IMG/VR virus record: IMGVR_UViG_2563366856_000002 | Location: 1 to 35,102 of that record | Direction: 5' to 3' (one strand) | DNA: 35,102 bases | Origin: a virus | Taxonomy: Duplodnaviria > Heunggongvirae > Uroviricota > Caudoviricetes | Shown: positions 1 to 7,981 of the stretch, one piece after another | How positions within the stretch are numbered: the stretch's first letter is position 1 | How the letters are laid out: each line of letters begins with the position of its first letter | Program-made: the position numbers and the translations under genes | Notes under the pieces: generated by a model | The model's database searches: none | Told to the model about the DNA's origin: nothing | What the model saw: the letters and a program-made list of their open reading frames with translations, nothing else

Positions 1-663
1 ATGGTAAATAAAACCTTTGTATGTTTAAGTCATTCTAAGAAAAACAACGATTTTTGTGTTGCCGGAAAGTTGCTCTATGAGGGTGGCATTATAGGTGAAT
101 GGATAAGGCCAATAAACCAATATGGCACAATAACCAGCGAAGATTGTTCTTATTCAGATAACTCATCAGTTCGTACCCTTGATATCATTTCTGCTACTTT
201 TCTAAAACCAACCCCTCAAAAGTTTCAAACTGAAAACCATACCATTGATAGTAAAGTCTATTGGGAAAAAGTAGACGAGTATGAATATACAGACGCCGCA
301 TTATCTTTATTATGCGACACCCCAGATTCATTGTGGGATAATAATAATGAGTCTGGTGGTGGGATCAACGATCAAGTAACTCCTCAAGAAGCCCAAGAAA
401 TTGATGAAAGTTTATATTTTATTTATGTTGGAGAACTAACAATCTATGCATCTAAATGGGGCGATAAATTAAAGCTAAGAGGCGAGTTTGTATATAACGG
501 CACTACTTACAATTTAAAAATCACAGATATTTATTGGTTAGATTATTATGAAAACAAACCATTAGGTACACATATTCATGAGAATGCTTATATCACCATT
601 AGTCTTGCTTTAGATACTTTTGGTGGTTTCCATTATAAACTTATAGCAGACATACTATGTTGA
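1..663 (+). CDS. hypothetical protein, first gene of a three-gene translationally coupled operon
   Basis: 220-aa ORF beginning at window position 1 (true start may lie upstream of the window); its TGA stop overlaps the ATG of the next gene (ATGTTGA at 657-663); visibly AT-rich codon usage; no family recognised by eye. Confidence 0.5.
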   Translation: MVNKTFVCLSHSKKNNDFCVAGKLLYEGGIIGEWIRPINQYGTITSEDCSYSDNSSVRTLDIISATFLKPTPQKFQTENHTIDSKVYWEKVDEYEYTDAALSLLCDTPDSLWDNNNESGGGINDQVTPQEAQEIDESLYFIYVGELTIYASKWGDKLKLRGEFVYNGTTYNLKITDIYWLDYYENKPLGTHIHENAYITISLALDTFGGFHYKLIADILC

Positions 664-1097
664 AGATATACTCAATTGGCTTTACTGAAAAAACTGCTGA
701 AAAATTTTTTACCTTGATTAAGTCGCAGCCAATCAAAACCCTAGTTGATGTCCGGCTAAATAACGTGTCGCAACTTGCTGGTTTTGCTAAAAAGAAGGAC
801 CTCGAATTTTTCCTTCGTGAGTTGTGCGGGGTAGATTACGCCCATGTTCCAGAGCTCGCCCCAACTAAAGAGATACTCGACCCTTATAAAAAAGGTAATG
901 TTTCGTGGGAAGTTTACGAAGATAACTTTCTGAATCTTATGGAAAAAAGGAATATTGAACGTATTGATAAGAGCTTAATCTCTGACGGTTGCTTGTTATG
1001 TAGTGAGCACAAACCCCATCACTGTCATCGTCGTCTTGTGATAGAATATCTGAACAAGCACTGGGATGCAGATTTTGAGGTTAAGCATTTAATATGA
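657..1097 (+). CDS. DUF488-like protein (YeaO-like fold), function unknown
   Basis: 146 aa; N-terminal IYSIGFT...LVDVR motif and C-terminal C-x-E-x-x-P-x-x-CHRRL motif match my recollection of the DUF488 family; start and stop overlap both neighbours. Confidence 0.6.
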   Translation: MLKIYSIGFTEKTAEKFFTLIKSQPIKTLVDVRLNNVSQLAGFAKKKDLEFFLRELCGVDYAHVPELAPTKEILDPYKKGNVSWEVYEDNFLNLMEKRNIERIDKSLISDGCLLCSEHKPHHCHRRLVIEYLNKHWDADFEVKHLI

Positions 1098-1684
1098 TGA
1101 AAGTACTAGTTATGTATCATCCTGATTTTGCTTCAAAGGGTAAGTTTGAGCGAAAGCTTACCCGTATCTTCTCCGAATCGAGTGAATACAAAGTATTTTA
1201 TTTTGAAGATAACCAGAACTTGATACATGACTATTTTTCTTCTGATTTGATTTTTAAACTTGATCCTGACCTTCTTACAGATCCTTATAATCTTGGTTTA
1301 ACGCATGCCGTTGTTTTTGATTCAGCTTTGAAACCTGAGTTCACAACAATTTATGAAACGTTAGCATCACAAATTCCCGTAAGGTATATAAAAGACAAAA
1401 TTACTTTTGTATCCAATAAAGACAGGGGGGAACACTTCGATGTATATTGCGGTCGCGGTACTTTATGGGGTAATCCTTATGCGATTGGAGCAGATGGTGA
1501 TCGTGATGAAGTTATAAGAAAGTTTAAGTATGACTTTGATAGAAATTTTTTAAAAGGGGGAGAGGATTTCAAAGAAAAGCTGAAAGCACATAAAGGAAAA
1601 ATCCTTGGTTGCCATTGCAAACCCTATCCGTGCCACGGAGATGTTCTTGCCAGATTTTTAAACGAATTAGATGATGGTGAGTAA
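1094..1684 (+). CDS. two-domain protein with C-terminal DUF4326-like domain, function unknown
   Basis: 196 aa; C-terminal segment FDVYCGRG..WGNPY...GCHCKPYPCHGDVL resembles the DUF4326 signature as I recall it; ATGA start/stop overlap with upstream gene. Confidence 0.6.
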   Translation: MMKVLVMYHPDFASKGKFERKLTRIFSESSEYKVFYFEDNQNLIHDYFSSDLIFKLDPDLLTDPYNLGLTHAVVFDSALKPEFTTIYETLASQIPVRYIKDKITFVSNKDRGEHFDVYCGRGTLWGNPYAIGADGDRDEVIRKFKYDFDRNFLKGGEDFKEKLKAHKGKILGCHCKPYPCHGDVLARFLNELDDGE

Positions 1685-2018
1685 AGCCACTTCATAGTTG
1701 CTTAAAACTATAAAAGAGATGTAATCTTAAAGAAGTTCACTGATCAAAGATAACCTTGTACCGCCGATACTCCCGTATCCTGCATCCTGTAGTACTGGCG
1801 GTTCTTGCCGCTGCTCTGATGCGATTCGTCATTAATCCTTTTCGAACATTTCCTACCATGATACCAGTATTCTGGTAATGGCCAATGGAGGCTGGTATTT
1901 CATTAGGGAACACCAGAGGATAGAAATTGAATATAACTTCTGCTTCTCAAAACAGACTGTTTGCTTCTTTTTCATGTATGGTGATAAATTTGCGGTGGCG
2001 TAGAGGCGTTTAAAATTT

Positions 2019-3146
2019 TTACAACGCTATCTTGTTCCATCCTTTGCCTCGGTCGTCATGGTATCGATCTGTCTGTCGCTGTGTTTTATGGCCAAGTAGT
2101 TTTTGTGTATCTAACCCCTGTTCTTTGTACAGACGTTCAGATAAAGACCTTTGTTCATGGAATGTGGCAGGTGAACCTTCTCCCCAGTCAATTCCTGCTA
2201 AATCTCTCGCTTTACTAAAATTCATCGTCAATGTATTGGATTTAACTTGTGCGCCACGTTCTGCCTGTGATGTTGCACGGAAAAAATGCACTAAATATGG
2301 GCTAACCGCATAGTCTCGGCAGCGCGCTACAACATCGCGTAAACTCCAGTTAATCGCATTGAGGCGAAGAGAAAGAGGGATAGCGATTTTGCTTCCAGTC
2401 TTTTCCTGAATGACGTGAAGATGATCTTCCCAAATATCACTAAATTTCATTTTGGATATATCTCCCAAACGCTGCCCAGTGACCAAAGCTAGGAGCATGG
2501 CATTTCCCATGTAACGATGATTGGCGTCTGCTATATCGAATATTTTTTGCCATTCTTCCAGGCTGAGGCGTTGACGGGTAATTTTTCTTTTGGGTTGCTT
2601 CGTCGCAAGAGCAGGGTTATACCCTGGCGGAACTTCGCCATAATGCTGTGCTTCCTTAAACACATCGATCAATACAGACCTAACGACTTGGGCCATTCTA
2701 GGCTGTCCAGCTGCAATATACTCATCAAGCAATTGTGCTATATCTCTAACATCAACGGATGAGATCAACTTCATTCCTGCTCGTTCTCTGAGCAAGGATA
2801 CTGGTTTAGCTTTTTGCTTATAGGTGTTGAGTCTTATATCACCACTTTTGAGCCTGTCATCCTGGATCGCTTGATAGCGATCTAACCAGGTTGACGTTGT
2901 GATCGCTTTTCCTTTGCTGGTTGCGATCCTATCACTGATAGCTAGAATCTGCCGGGTTCTTTGCTCAGCCAGACGAGTGTTAGCTTCAGTGGCAATAGCA
3001 ATAGCTTCAGCTTCATTTGTGCCCAACGAATGAAATTTCCCGGTCACTGGATGCTTATATCGCCAATAGACTTTATTTACTTTTCTACTATAAAGCGGAT
3101 ACAAGTTAGGTACTGAAACATTATTTTTACGTGGTCTGGCTGCCAT
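2019..3146 (-). CDS. int: tyrosine site-specific integrase (lambda Int family)
   Basis: 375 aa; C-terminal catalytic region ...LGHKTQRQTDRYHDDRG with conserved R, H-x-x-R and Y; start overlaps xis 3' end as in lambda. Confidence 0.9.
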   Translation of the reverse strand: MAARPRKNNVSVPNLYPLYSRKVNKVYWRYKHPVTGKFHSLGTNEAEAIAIATEANTRLAEQRTRQILAISDRIATSKGKAITTSTWLDRYQAIQDDRLKSGDIRLNTYKQKAKPVSLLRERAGMKLISSVDVRDIAQLLDEYIAAGQPRMAQVVRSVLIDVFKEAQHYGEVPPGYNPALATKQPKRKITRQRLSLEEWQKIFDIADANHRYMGNAMLLALVTGQRLGDISKMKFSDIWEDHLHVIQEKTGSKIAIPLSLRLNAINWSLRDVVARCRDYAVSPYLVHFFRATSQAERGAQVKSNTLTMNFSKARDLAGIDWGEGSPATFHEQRSLSERLYKEQGLDTQKLLGHKTQRQTDRYHDDRGKGWNKIAL

Positions 3147-3387
3147 TGCTTAAAATCCTTTGCAGAATAATAGAATCACTTTTCTTGATTACTGGAGTAA
3201 CTAATTCCCCAACTAACTCTGCGTCCTCACGTACTCGCCAGAGTCGACCTTGTTTCATTGCTGGTGGACAAAATAAATTCTGCTTAGCATAACGACGCAA
3301 TGTGGACACACTTGGAGGATTACTCCTAAATTTTTCCGCAGCCCATTCTTCAAGTGTCAGCATTTGAAGCATTTTTGATAACCTCAT
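3127..3387 (-). CDS. xis: excisionase (lambda Xis-like)
   Basis: 86-aa ORF containing MLTLEEW...PPSVSTLRRYAKQ..FCPPAMKQGRLW, closely resembling lambda Xis (MYLTLQEW...FPPPVKDGREY); true start may be an internal Met (3372 or 3363). Confidence 0.75.
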   Translation of the reverse strand: MRLSKMLQMLTLEEWAAEKFRSNPPSVSTLRRYAKQNLFCPPAMKQGRLWRVREDAELVGELVTPVIKKSDSIILQRILSNGSQTT

Positions 3388-3427
3388 TTCTTTTGCTACA
3401 AAACTATTTCACTAGTTAATTTCGCTG

Positions 3428-3964
3428 TCAGGATTGCTTATGTATCTTATGCAGCTCTTTAAAACGTTCCATAAATATCTCGTAGGCATGGCCAGGAGCC
3501 AGAGGAATAACTTCGAACATCTCTGTTGCCGGGATACCTTCCAATACTGGCCAGAAAGAGCCATCATCAAGCCCGAGATCGCGGCGTTCGGTTGCCAGCA
3601 TGATGAGATCGGCATATTTCACGGGCGTGCTCATAGCCTGAGGTAACCCGTATTTCTCACGGATTACGGCGTCTATTTTTTCTTCCATCCGTTTATAGTC
3701 AGGAAGAAGGCGTTTCAGTGGTGCGGGGATGTCCTGGCAATACGCTTCTGTTGCATCATGCATTAATGCTTCAAAAGCAAATTCCTGCGGTACCAGCATG
3801 CTGCAAAGCACCGCATGTTGGGCGACGCTATAGAAGTGTGAAAGGTGTCCTGCAAAGCGGCAGATATTTGAAAGGGAAACCGCGATATCGTTAATAACGA
3901 TGTCGTCTTTATTTATCCTGTCATAATAAAAATGCTTCCCAGAAAAAGTTTTAATAAATGACAT
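3428..3964 (-). CDS. HD-domain phosphohydrolase (YfbR-like 5'-deoxynucleotidase family)
   Basis: H..HD metal-binding motifs (AGHLSHFYSVAQHAV, MHDATEA); start chosen at Met preceded by GGAGAA RBS (ORF track extends to 3991). Confidence 0.7.
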   Translation of the reverse strand: MSFIKTFSGKHFYYDRINKDDIVINDIAVSLSNICRFAGHLSHFYSVAQHAVLCSMLVPQEFAFEALMHDATEAYCQDIPAPLKRLLPDYKRMEEKIDAVIREKYGLPQAMSTPVKYADLIMLATERRDLGLDDGSFWPVLEGIPATEMFEVIPLAPGHAYEIFMERFKELHKIHKQS

Positions 3965-4088
3965 TTTGTTCTCCACGTATATGCGCTGCACCGCGCTGAA
4001 TTCGGGTAAAAGAAAGCCCTCACCGTCCGGCGATTATTGAGTCAATTACATTTCCATGAATGCCCCCGTAGGGGCGGTTAGTTTCTCC

Positions 4089-4177
4089 ACAAAACAGAGA
4101 AGAACACCTGCGGTGGCAGCCGCCCGGATGGATTGGGTTATGAGCTCGTCGTCCGGTGATGCTCTTCTCTGTTTTGT
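4089..4177. repeat. long perfect inverted repeat (15-bp arms, 59-nt spacer) forming a stable hairpin
   Basis: ACAAAACAGAGAAGA at 4089-4103 is the exact reverse complement of TCTTCTCTGTTTTGT at 4163-4177; additional GCCCC/GGGGC hairpin at about 4063-4078. Confidence 0.6.
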
Positions 4178-4319
4178 AAAAAGGACGGTACCAGCCGGAA
4201 GCAAGGGTACAAGCTGGTACCTCCAAGACTACACACAGCAATGAAACTATTGCCTGTCTTTTCACCACTTCAGGCTCGGTGGTATGCTGGAGTTCTCACA
4301 CAGCCAGCAAGGAAACCTA

Positions 4320-4661
4320 ATGAACCAGTTTTATGTTCACGTTCGTCTGTTTGAAGCAACAGCCGAACAGACCAAAAAATTTGAAGAATTAATGCTTAAC
4401 TTTCTGTACCAGAAAACAATCAAAGAGTCTGACGATAGCTGCTGCAGACTGATTCCAGAGGGATATATCCTCAAAAGCACAATGAACTGCCAACAAATCC
4501 TTGATCAAACTTTTTCCATTGCTAACAGTGCTGGTGTTGACGCAAATATATTTGTCTGCAAATTTGAACAAAGCGCATGCTTACTTCCGTCTGCTTCCTT
4601 AGTTGGCAACGATTTTGTTCATCACGATCTTACGCCTAAGCCCATCAAGCTCGATTCTTAA
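4320..4661 (+). CDS. hypothetical protein (convergent with early-left operon)
   Basis: 113 aa from ATG preceded by AAGGA RBS; upstream TGgTATGCT extended -10-like element; 3' end overlaps 3' end of the 102-aa gene on the other strand. Confidence 0.4.
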   Translation: MNQFYVHVRLFEATAEQTKKFEELMLNFLYQKTIKESDDSCCRLIPEGYILKSTMNCQQILDQTFSIANSAGVDANIFVCKFEQSACLLPSASLVGNDFVHHDLTPKPIKLDS

Positions 4662-4907
4662 TGCCTTAACCATTGTGTCGTGATAAACACGGCTCACCCT
4701 CTCTCCATTGCATGGCAGGGGGGTGATCGTGTTAGCCATGAAATTCATGAACTTGGTTCGATCAGGGTCTTGCGCCCCGCAAGTATTTAATGCCTGTTTT
4801 GCTAACAAAATACGGGCCTCAGTGCCTGCATTTGGCTCTATCTGCTGCAAACGTTTAGAGTCTTCCAGCAACAATGCGATCACATGCTTCAAATTCTGCT
4901 CATTCAT
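4599..4907 (-). CDS. hypothetical early-left protein (first gene downstream of putative pL)
   Basis: 102 aa; ATG preceded by GGAGAG RBS; no recognisable motif. Confidence 0.55.
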   Translation of the reverse strand: MNEQNLKHVIALLLEDSKRLQQIEPNAGTEARILLAKQALNTCGAQDPDRTKFMNFMANTITPLPCNGERVSRVYHDTMVKALRIELDGLRRKIVMNKIVAN

Positions 4908-5010
4908 CTATTCTCTCCACTGAAATCATCCGCTAACGAATCATCCCGGTCTTCGTACGTACCAGGCGGGCTACTTCGTGGGCGTCCTGCCTGTTCGTTG
5001 TTTTAACGCC

Positions 5011-5060
5011 TTTAAGTTGTAATTTAGTTGTGGTTTTGAATGTTGTCAACAACTTTATGT
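5011..5060. promoter_or_regulatory. putative left operator/promoter region (oL/pL-like)
   Basis: Three GTTGT and one ACAAC repeats including palindrome GTTGTCAACAAC (5042-5053); 12-mer ACAACTTTATGT (5049-5060) identical to the one in the cI-cro intergenic region (6703-6714). Confidence 0.45.
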
Positions 5061-5112
5061 GGTTTGAACGAGTGGCCAAGGAGTGCAAGGATTATCAAAA
5101 AAAGGAGGTTGT

Positions 5113-5661
5113 ATGGAAGACGCGCTTTACGCTTTTAATTACACACAGAACCGGGACAAGTTATTTGCTAACTTGATTAGCATCATTGATGGAATCATTG
5201 CAGATGGAGTTGTCCGTGAAGAGGAGGTTCTTTACTTAGATACATGGTTACTTGAAGCAAAGCAGATTATCAATAATGGAGTTATAAAAAGTCTATCTGC
5301 ACGGGTGTCGGATATTCTTGCGGATGGAATAATCACATCAGAAGAACGTGATGACCTTAAAAATAGCCTTCTCCAAATACAGAGGGAAATTCTTGATATC
5401 CCTGAAATTGATTTTTACTCCAAGGATGTAGATGTCCATTTACTTAATGGACTATGTAAAGGATTAATTGCTGATCGGAACTTAACTCAAGAAGAAATAA
5501 GATATCTTAATTGGTGGCTTGAGCAAAATGGAGCTTTGAAGAACAACTACCCAGGAAAAAAACTTTATGCACTTGTAAAGGAAATTCTTAAAGATGGTGT
5601 TATTACTGAAGATGAGAGTTTAACTCTACATAAGGCATTATGTAGACTTCACAGGATGTGA
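5113..5661 (+). CDS. TerB-like tandem-repeat protein (four ADG-x-[IV]T-x-EE helical repeats)
   Basis: 182 aa from ATG with AGGAGG RBS; four ~40-aa repeats: IIADGVVREEEVLYL / ILADGIITSEERDDL / LIADRNLTQEEIRYL / ILKDGVITEDESLTL, resembling the TerB/DjlA-N motif. Confidence 0.6.
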   Translation: MEDALYAFNYTQNRDKLFANLISIIDGIIADGVVREEEVLYLDTWLLEAKQIINNGVIKSLSARVSDILADGIITSEERDDLKNSLLQIQREILDIPEIDFYSKDVDVHLLNGLCKGLIADRNLTQEEIRYLNWWLEQNGALKNNYPGKKLYALVKEILKDGVITEDESLTLHKALCRLHRM

Positions 5662-5662
5662 C

Positions 5663-6004
5663 TTGGAAAGTGGGGTGGTGGATGGTTTGGCGACCAGGCT
5701 GCCTATTGATGTAGAGGCTTCGATAGAGTTAGAGGGTAAAACCTATTGTCTTACAGGCACTTTTGTTGCAGGAAAGAGAGCCGTAGTTGAAAATTTGATT
5801 AAAAATGCTGGTGGGAACATCAGTAGTGGAATTACTCAAAAGTTGGATTTTTTAGTAATTGGGACGCTTTCCTCCCGTGATTGGAAATTCTCTAGTCACG
5901 GAAGGAAGATCGAAAAGGCTATATCTTATAGAGATGATAATGGTGCAAAACTTAAAATTATTTCTGAAGAAATGCTTTTCGATGCATTACCAAGTTCGCG
6001 ATGA
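5663..6004 (+). CDS. BRCT-domain protein
   Basis: 113 aa; GKTYCLTGTF...R...LIKNAGGNISSGITQKLDFLVIG...KIEKA...KIISEEMLFDAL matches the LigA-type BRCT pattern (GKT.vLTG...G..v..sVskktd.lV.G...gsKl.KA); TTG start 1 nt after upstream stop with AGGA RBS. Confidence 0.65.
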   Translation: MESGVVDGLATRLPIDVEASIELEGKTYCLTGTFVAGKRAVVENLIKNAGGNISSGITQKLDFLVIGTLSSRDWKFSSHGRKIEKAISYRDDNGAKLKIISEEMLFDALPSSR

Positions 6005-6673
6005 CCAGAATACCCTACCTATAACATGAATTCTGGCTCGTCTATCTTCAAAGGTGAGTATTTCATCTGGGTACTCATCTTTGTTGAAGCTTCTAAGAAT
6101 CAAGCCACCGTCAGGTAAGTTGATAAGTATTTTAACCCTTAGCAATACACCATCTCGTACGGCATAAAGATCGCCATCACGAATAGGAACGGTTTGAGAA
6201 ATATCAACGGCAACAAGATCTCCATTATTGAGAACCGGTAATAAACTGTTCCCCCATATTTTTACGATCTTGGCATTAGATGCACATACGCCAGATTTTC
6301 TCAAATCTGCTCTTCTTAACGGAAACCAGTCAATAGCTGATTCAACTATTTCAGCCAGACATCCGTTACCTGCCGATAACTCGACATCTAAAACAGGAAT
6401 GTTTACGAAAATATCGGGGTCTAATGCGGTGCTTTCTGCTTCTTTTACAACAAGATCAGGTATGGATGCGTTGTCTTCAATACCAAGTTGTAACCACTTT
6501 TGTGATACACCTAAAACTTTTGCAATTTCTTTAATTTTGCGCGGTTGTAGAGTTTCGCCATTCTCTATTTTGGCTACAGATTGTTGTGAAAGTCCAATTT
6601 TTTCAGCTAGTTGAGCTTGGCTCATGCCAGCTTTCTCTCTACCTATCTTTAATCGTTCTGCCAGTGTTTTCAC
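5987..6673 (-). CDS. cI: CI-like prophage repressor (HTH_XRE N-domain plus S24 LexA-like autopeptidase)
   Basis: N-terminal HTH (MSQAQLAEKIGLSQQSVAKIENG), Ala-Gly cleavage site (ELSAGNG), Ser (GNSL) and Lys (RVK) of S24 catalytic dyad. Confidence 0.9.
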   Translation of the reverse strand: MKTLAERLKIGREKAGMSQAQLAEKIGLSQQSVAKIENGETLQPRKIKEIAKVLGVSQKWLQLGIEDNASIPDLVVKEAESTALDPDIFVNIPVLDVELSAGNGCLAEIVESAIDWFPLRRADLRKSGVCASNAKIVKIWGNSLLPVLNNGDLVAVDISQTVPIRDGDLYAVRDGVLLRVKILINLPDGGLILRSFNKDEYPDEILTFEDRRARIHVIGRVFWSSRTW

Positions 6674-6808
6674 AACATATCCCTCTCTTTTTTGATGAGG
6701 TTACAACTTTATGTTTTAGCTTTCCAACACCTAAAAGTTGTGATAAAAGTTGTTAATGTTGTATTCTTGCAACTCGTAACAACTTAACTACCAAAAAAGG
6801 AGAAAGCT
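6674..6808. promoter_or_regulatory. divergent cI/cro operator-promoter region (oR-like)
   Basis: Repeated 8-mers ACAACTTT (6703-6710) and AAAGTTGT (6734-6741, 6746-6753; in the 6733-6756 block) plus ACAACTT (6778-6784), located between divergent repressor and cro-like genes. Confidence 0.6.
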
Positions 6809-7057
6809 ATGACACCTGAGCAATTAGCCTTATCGGAGGCAATCGCTCTGGCTGGTGGTCAATCAGAATTGGCTCGGAAGCTCACAGCCAGCAGCGGTCA
6901 TTTAGTAAAGCAACAACATGTCTGGAACTGGTTGAACAGAGAAAAGCGTCCCCCTGCAAAGCTCTCGATATTCATTGAAAAGACCACTGGCATATCAAAA
7001 GAAAAATTACGTCCAGATATTTTTCAAAAGATTAAAGATTCATCAGATGAAAAGTAA
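6809..7057 (+). CDS. cro: Cro-like small DNA-binding regulator
   Basis: 82 aa, divergent from cI, HTH-like segment GGQSELARKLTASSGHLVKQ, AGGAG RBS. Confidence 0.7.
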   Translation: MTPEQLALSEAIALAGGQSELARKLTASSGHLVKQQHVWNWLNREKRPPAKLSIFIEKTTGISKEKLRPDIFQKIKDSSDEK

Positions 7058-7079
7058 CCACAGTTTTAAGGAGATAGCC

Positions 7080-7637
7080 GTGGGTAAGCATCACTGGAAA
7101 GTAGAAAAACAGCCTAAGTGGTACGTGAAAGCTGTCAGAAAAACTATCGCAGCGTTGCCGGGGGGTTACGCTGAAGCAGCTGACTGGCTGGATGTAACAG
7201 AGAACGCATTATTTAACCGCCTTCGTGCCGATGGCGATCAAATTTTCCCGCTGGGATGGGCGATGATTTTACAACGTGCTGGTGGCACTCACTTCATTGC
7301 TGACGCTGTGGCGCAGTCTGCAAATGGCGTCTTTGTGTCTCTTCCTGACGTCGAGGATGTGGATAACGCCGATATTAACCAGCGCCTGCTGGAAGTCATT
7401 GAACAGATTGGCAGTTATTCCAAACAGATTCGTTCGGCAATCGAAGACGGTGTGGTGGAACCGCATGAGAAGACAGCAATTAACGACGAGCTGTATCTCT
7501 CAATTTCGAAGCTGCAGGAGCATGCAGCACTTGTCTACAAAATTTTTTGCATTTCAGAAAGTAATGACGCCCGCGAGTGTGCAGCTCCGGGCGTCGTGGC
7601 GTCGATTGCTTCTGGTTGTGGAGAAACTAACGCATGA
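7080..7637 (+). CDS. CII-like phage regulatory protein (CP76-type family)
   Basis: GTG start with AAGGAG RBS (in-frame ATG alternative at 7044); position after cro; sequence resembles phage regulatory CII family as recalled. Confidence 0.55.
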   Translation: MGKHHWKVEKQPKWYVKAVRKTIAALPGGYAEAADWLDVTENALFNRLRADGDQIFPLGWAMILQRAGGTHFIADAVAQSANGVFVSLPDVEDVDNADINQRLLEVIEQIGSYSKQIRSAIEDGVVEPHEKTAINDELYLSISKLQEHAALVYKIFCISESNDARECAAPGVVASIASGCGETNA

Positions 7638-7972
7638 ACAGTTTAACAACACACTACCGTCGCTCGCAACTGATTGCGCTTCCTGTACCGGGTGGAAAAG
7701 CGAAGGTGGAATATTGCTATGCAGTGAATGTACCAGGTGACAGGGAAATTGTAACCCACAGCTTTGCAGAGTGGGCTGTGGGTGATTTCAACCGGCAGAA
7801 GGAGACAGTCCTTTGCGACAAGTTAACCGCTGGTTCAAAGATCACTACGGAGTGCCCGTCAGAGTCATTCGTTGGGAGCCGGAAACACAACGGGTTATCT
7901 ACCTCCGCGAAGGTTATGAGCATGAATGCTTCAGTCCGCTCGAACAGTTTCGTCGTAAATTCAGGGAAATAG
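7634..7972 (+). CDS. hypothetical protein; coding frame ambiguous in 3' half
   Basis: 112-aa ATG ORF, but an alternative frame open from 7786 to 7992 encodes a more protein-like sequence ([37 protein letters not shown]) and ends overlapping the next gene start. Confidence 0.35.
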   Translation: MNSLTTHYRRSQLIALPVPGGKAKVEYCYAVNVPGDREIVTHSFAEWAVGDFNRQKETVLCDKLTAGSKITTECPSESFVGSRKHNGLSTSAKVMSMNASVRSNSFVVNSGK

Positions 7973-7981
7973 AGGTCGGTC

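Noticed and set aside
1685-2018. tRNA gene at the integration site
   Set aside because: No cloverleaf, T-loop (GTTCGA-like) or acceptor-stem pattern found by eye in this interval.
4089-4177. Retron-like msr/msd element suggested by the long inverted repeat
   Set aside because: No reverse transcriptase gene nearby; flanking genes are ordinary early-left phage genes.
4020-4268. 82-aa (minus) and 62-aa (plus) ORFs across the inverted-repeat region
   Set aside because: Both run through the palindromic hairpin sequence, so they are symmetric artefacts; no RBS; the region is better explained as structured non-coding DNA or RNA.
7276-7740. 154-aa plus-strand ORF overlapping the CII-like gene in another frame
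   Set aside because: Overlaps almost entirely with the better-supported CII-like frame; Cys/Ser/Arg-rich translation without motifs.
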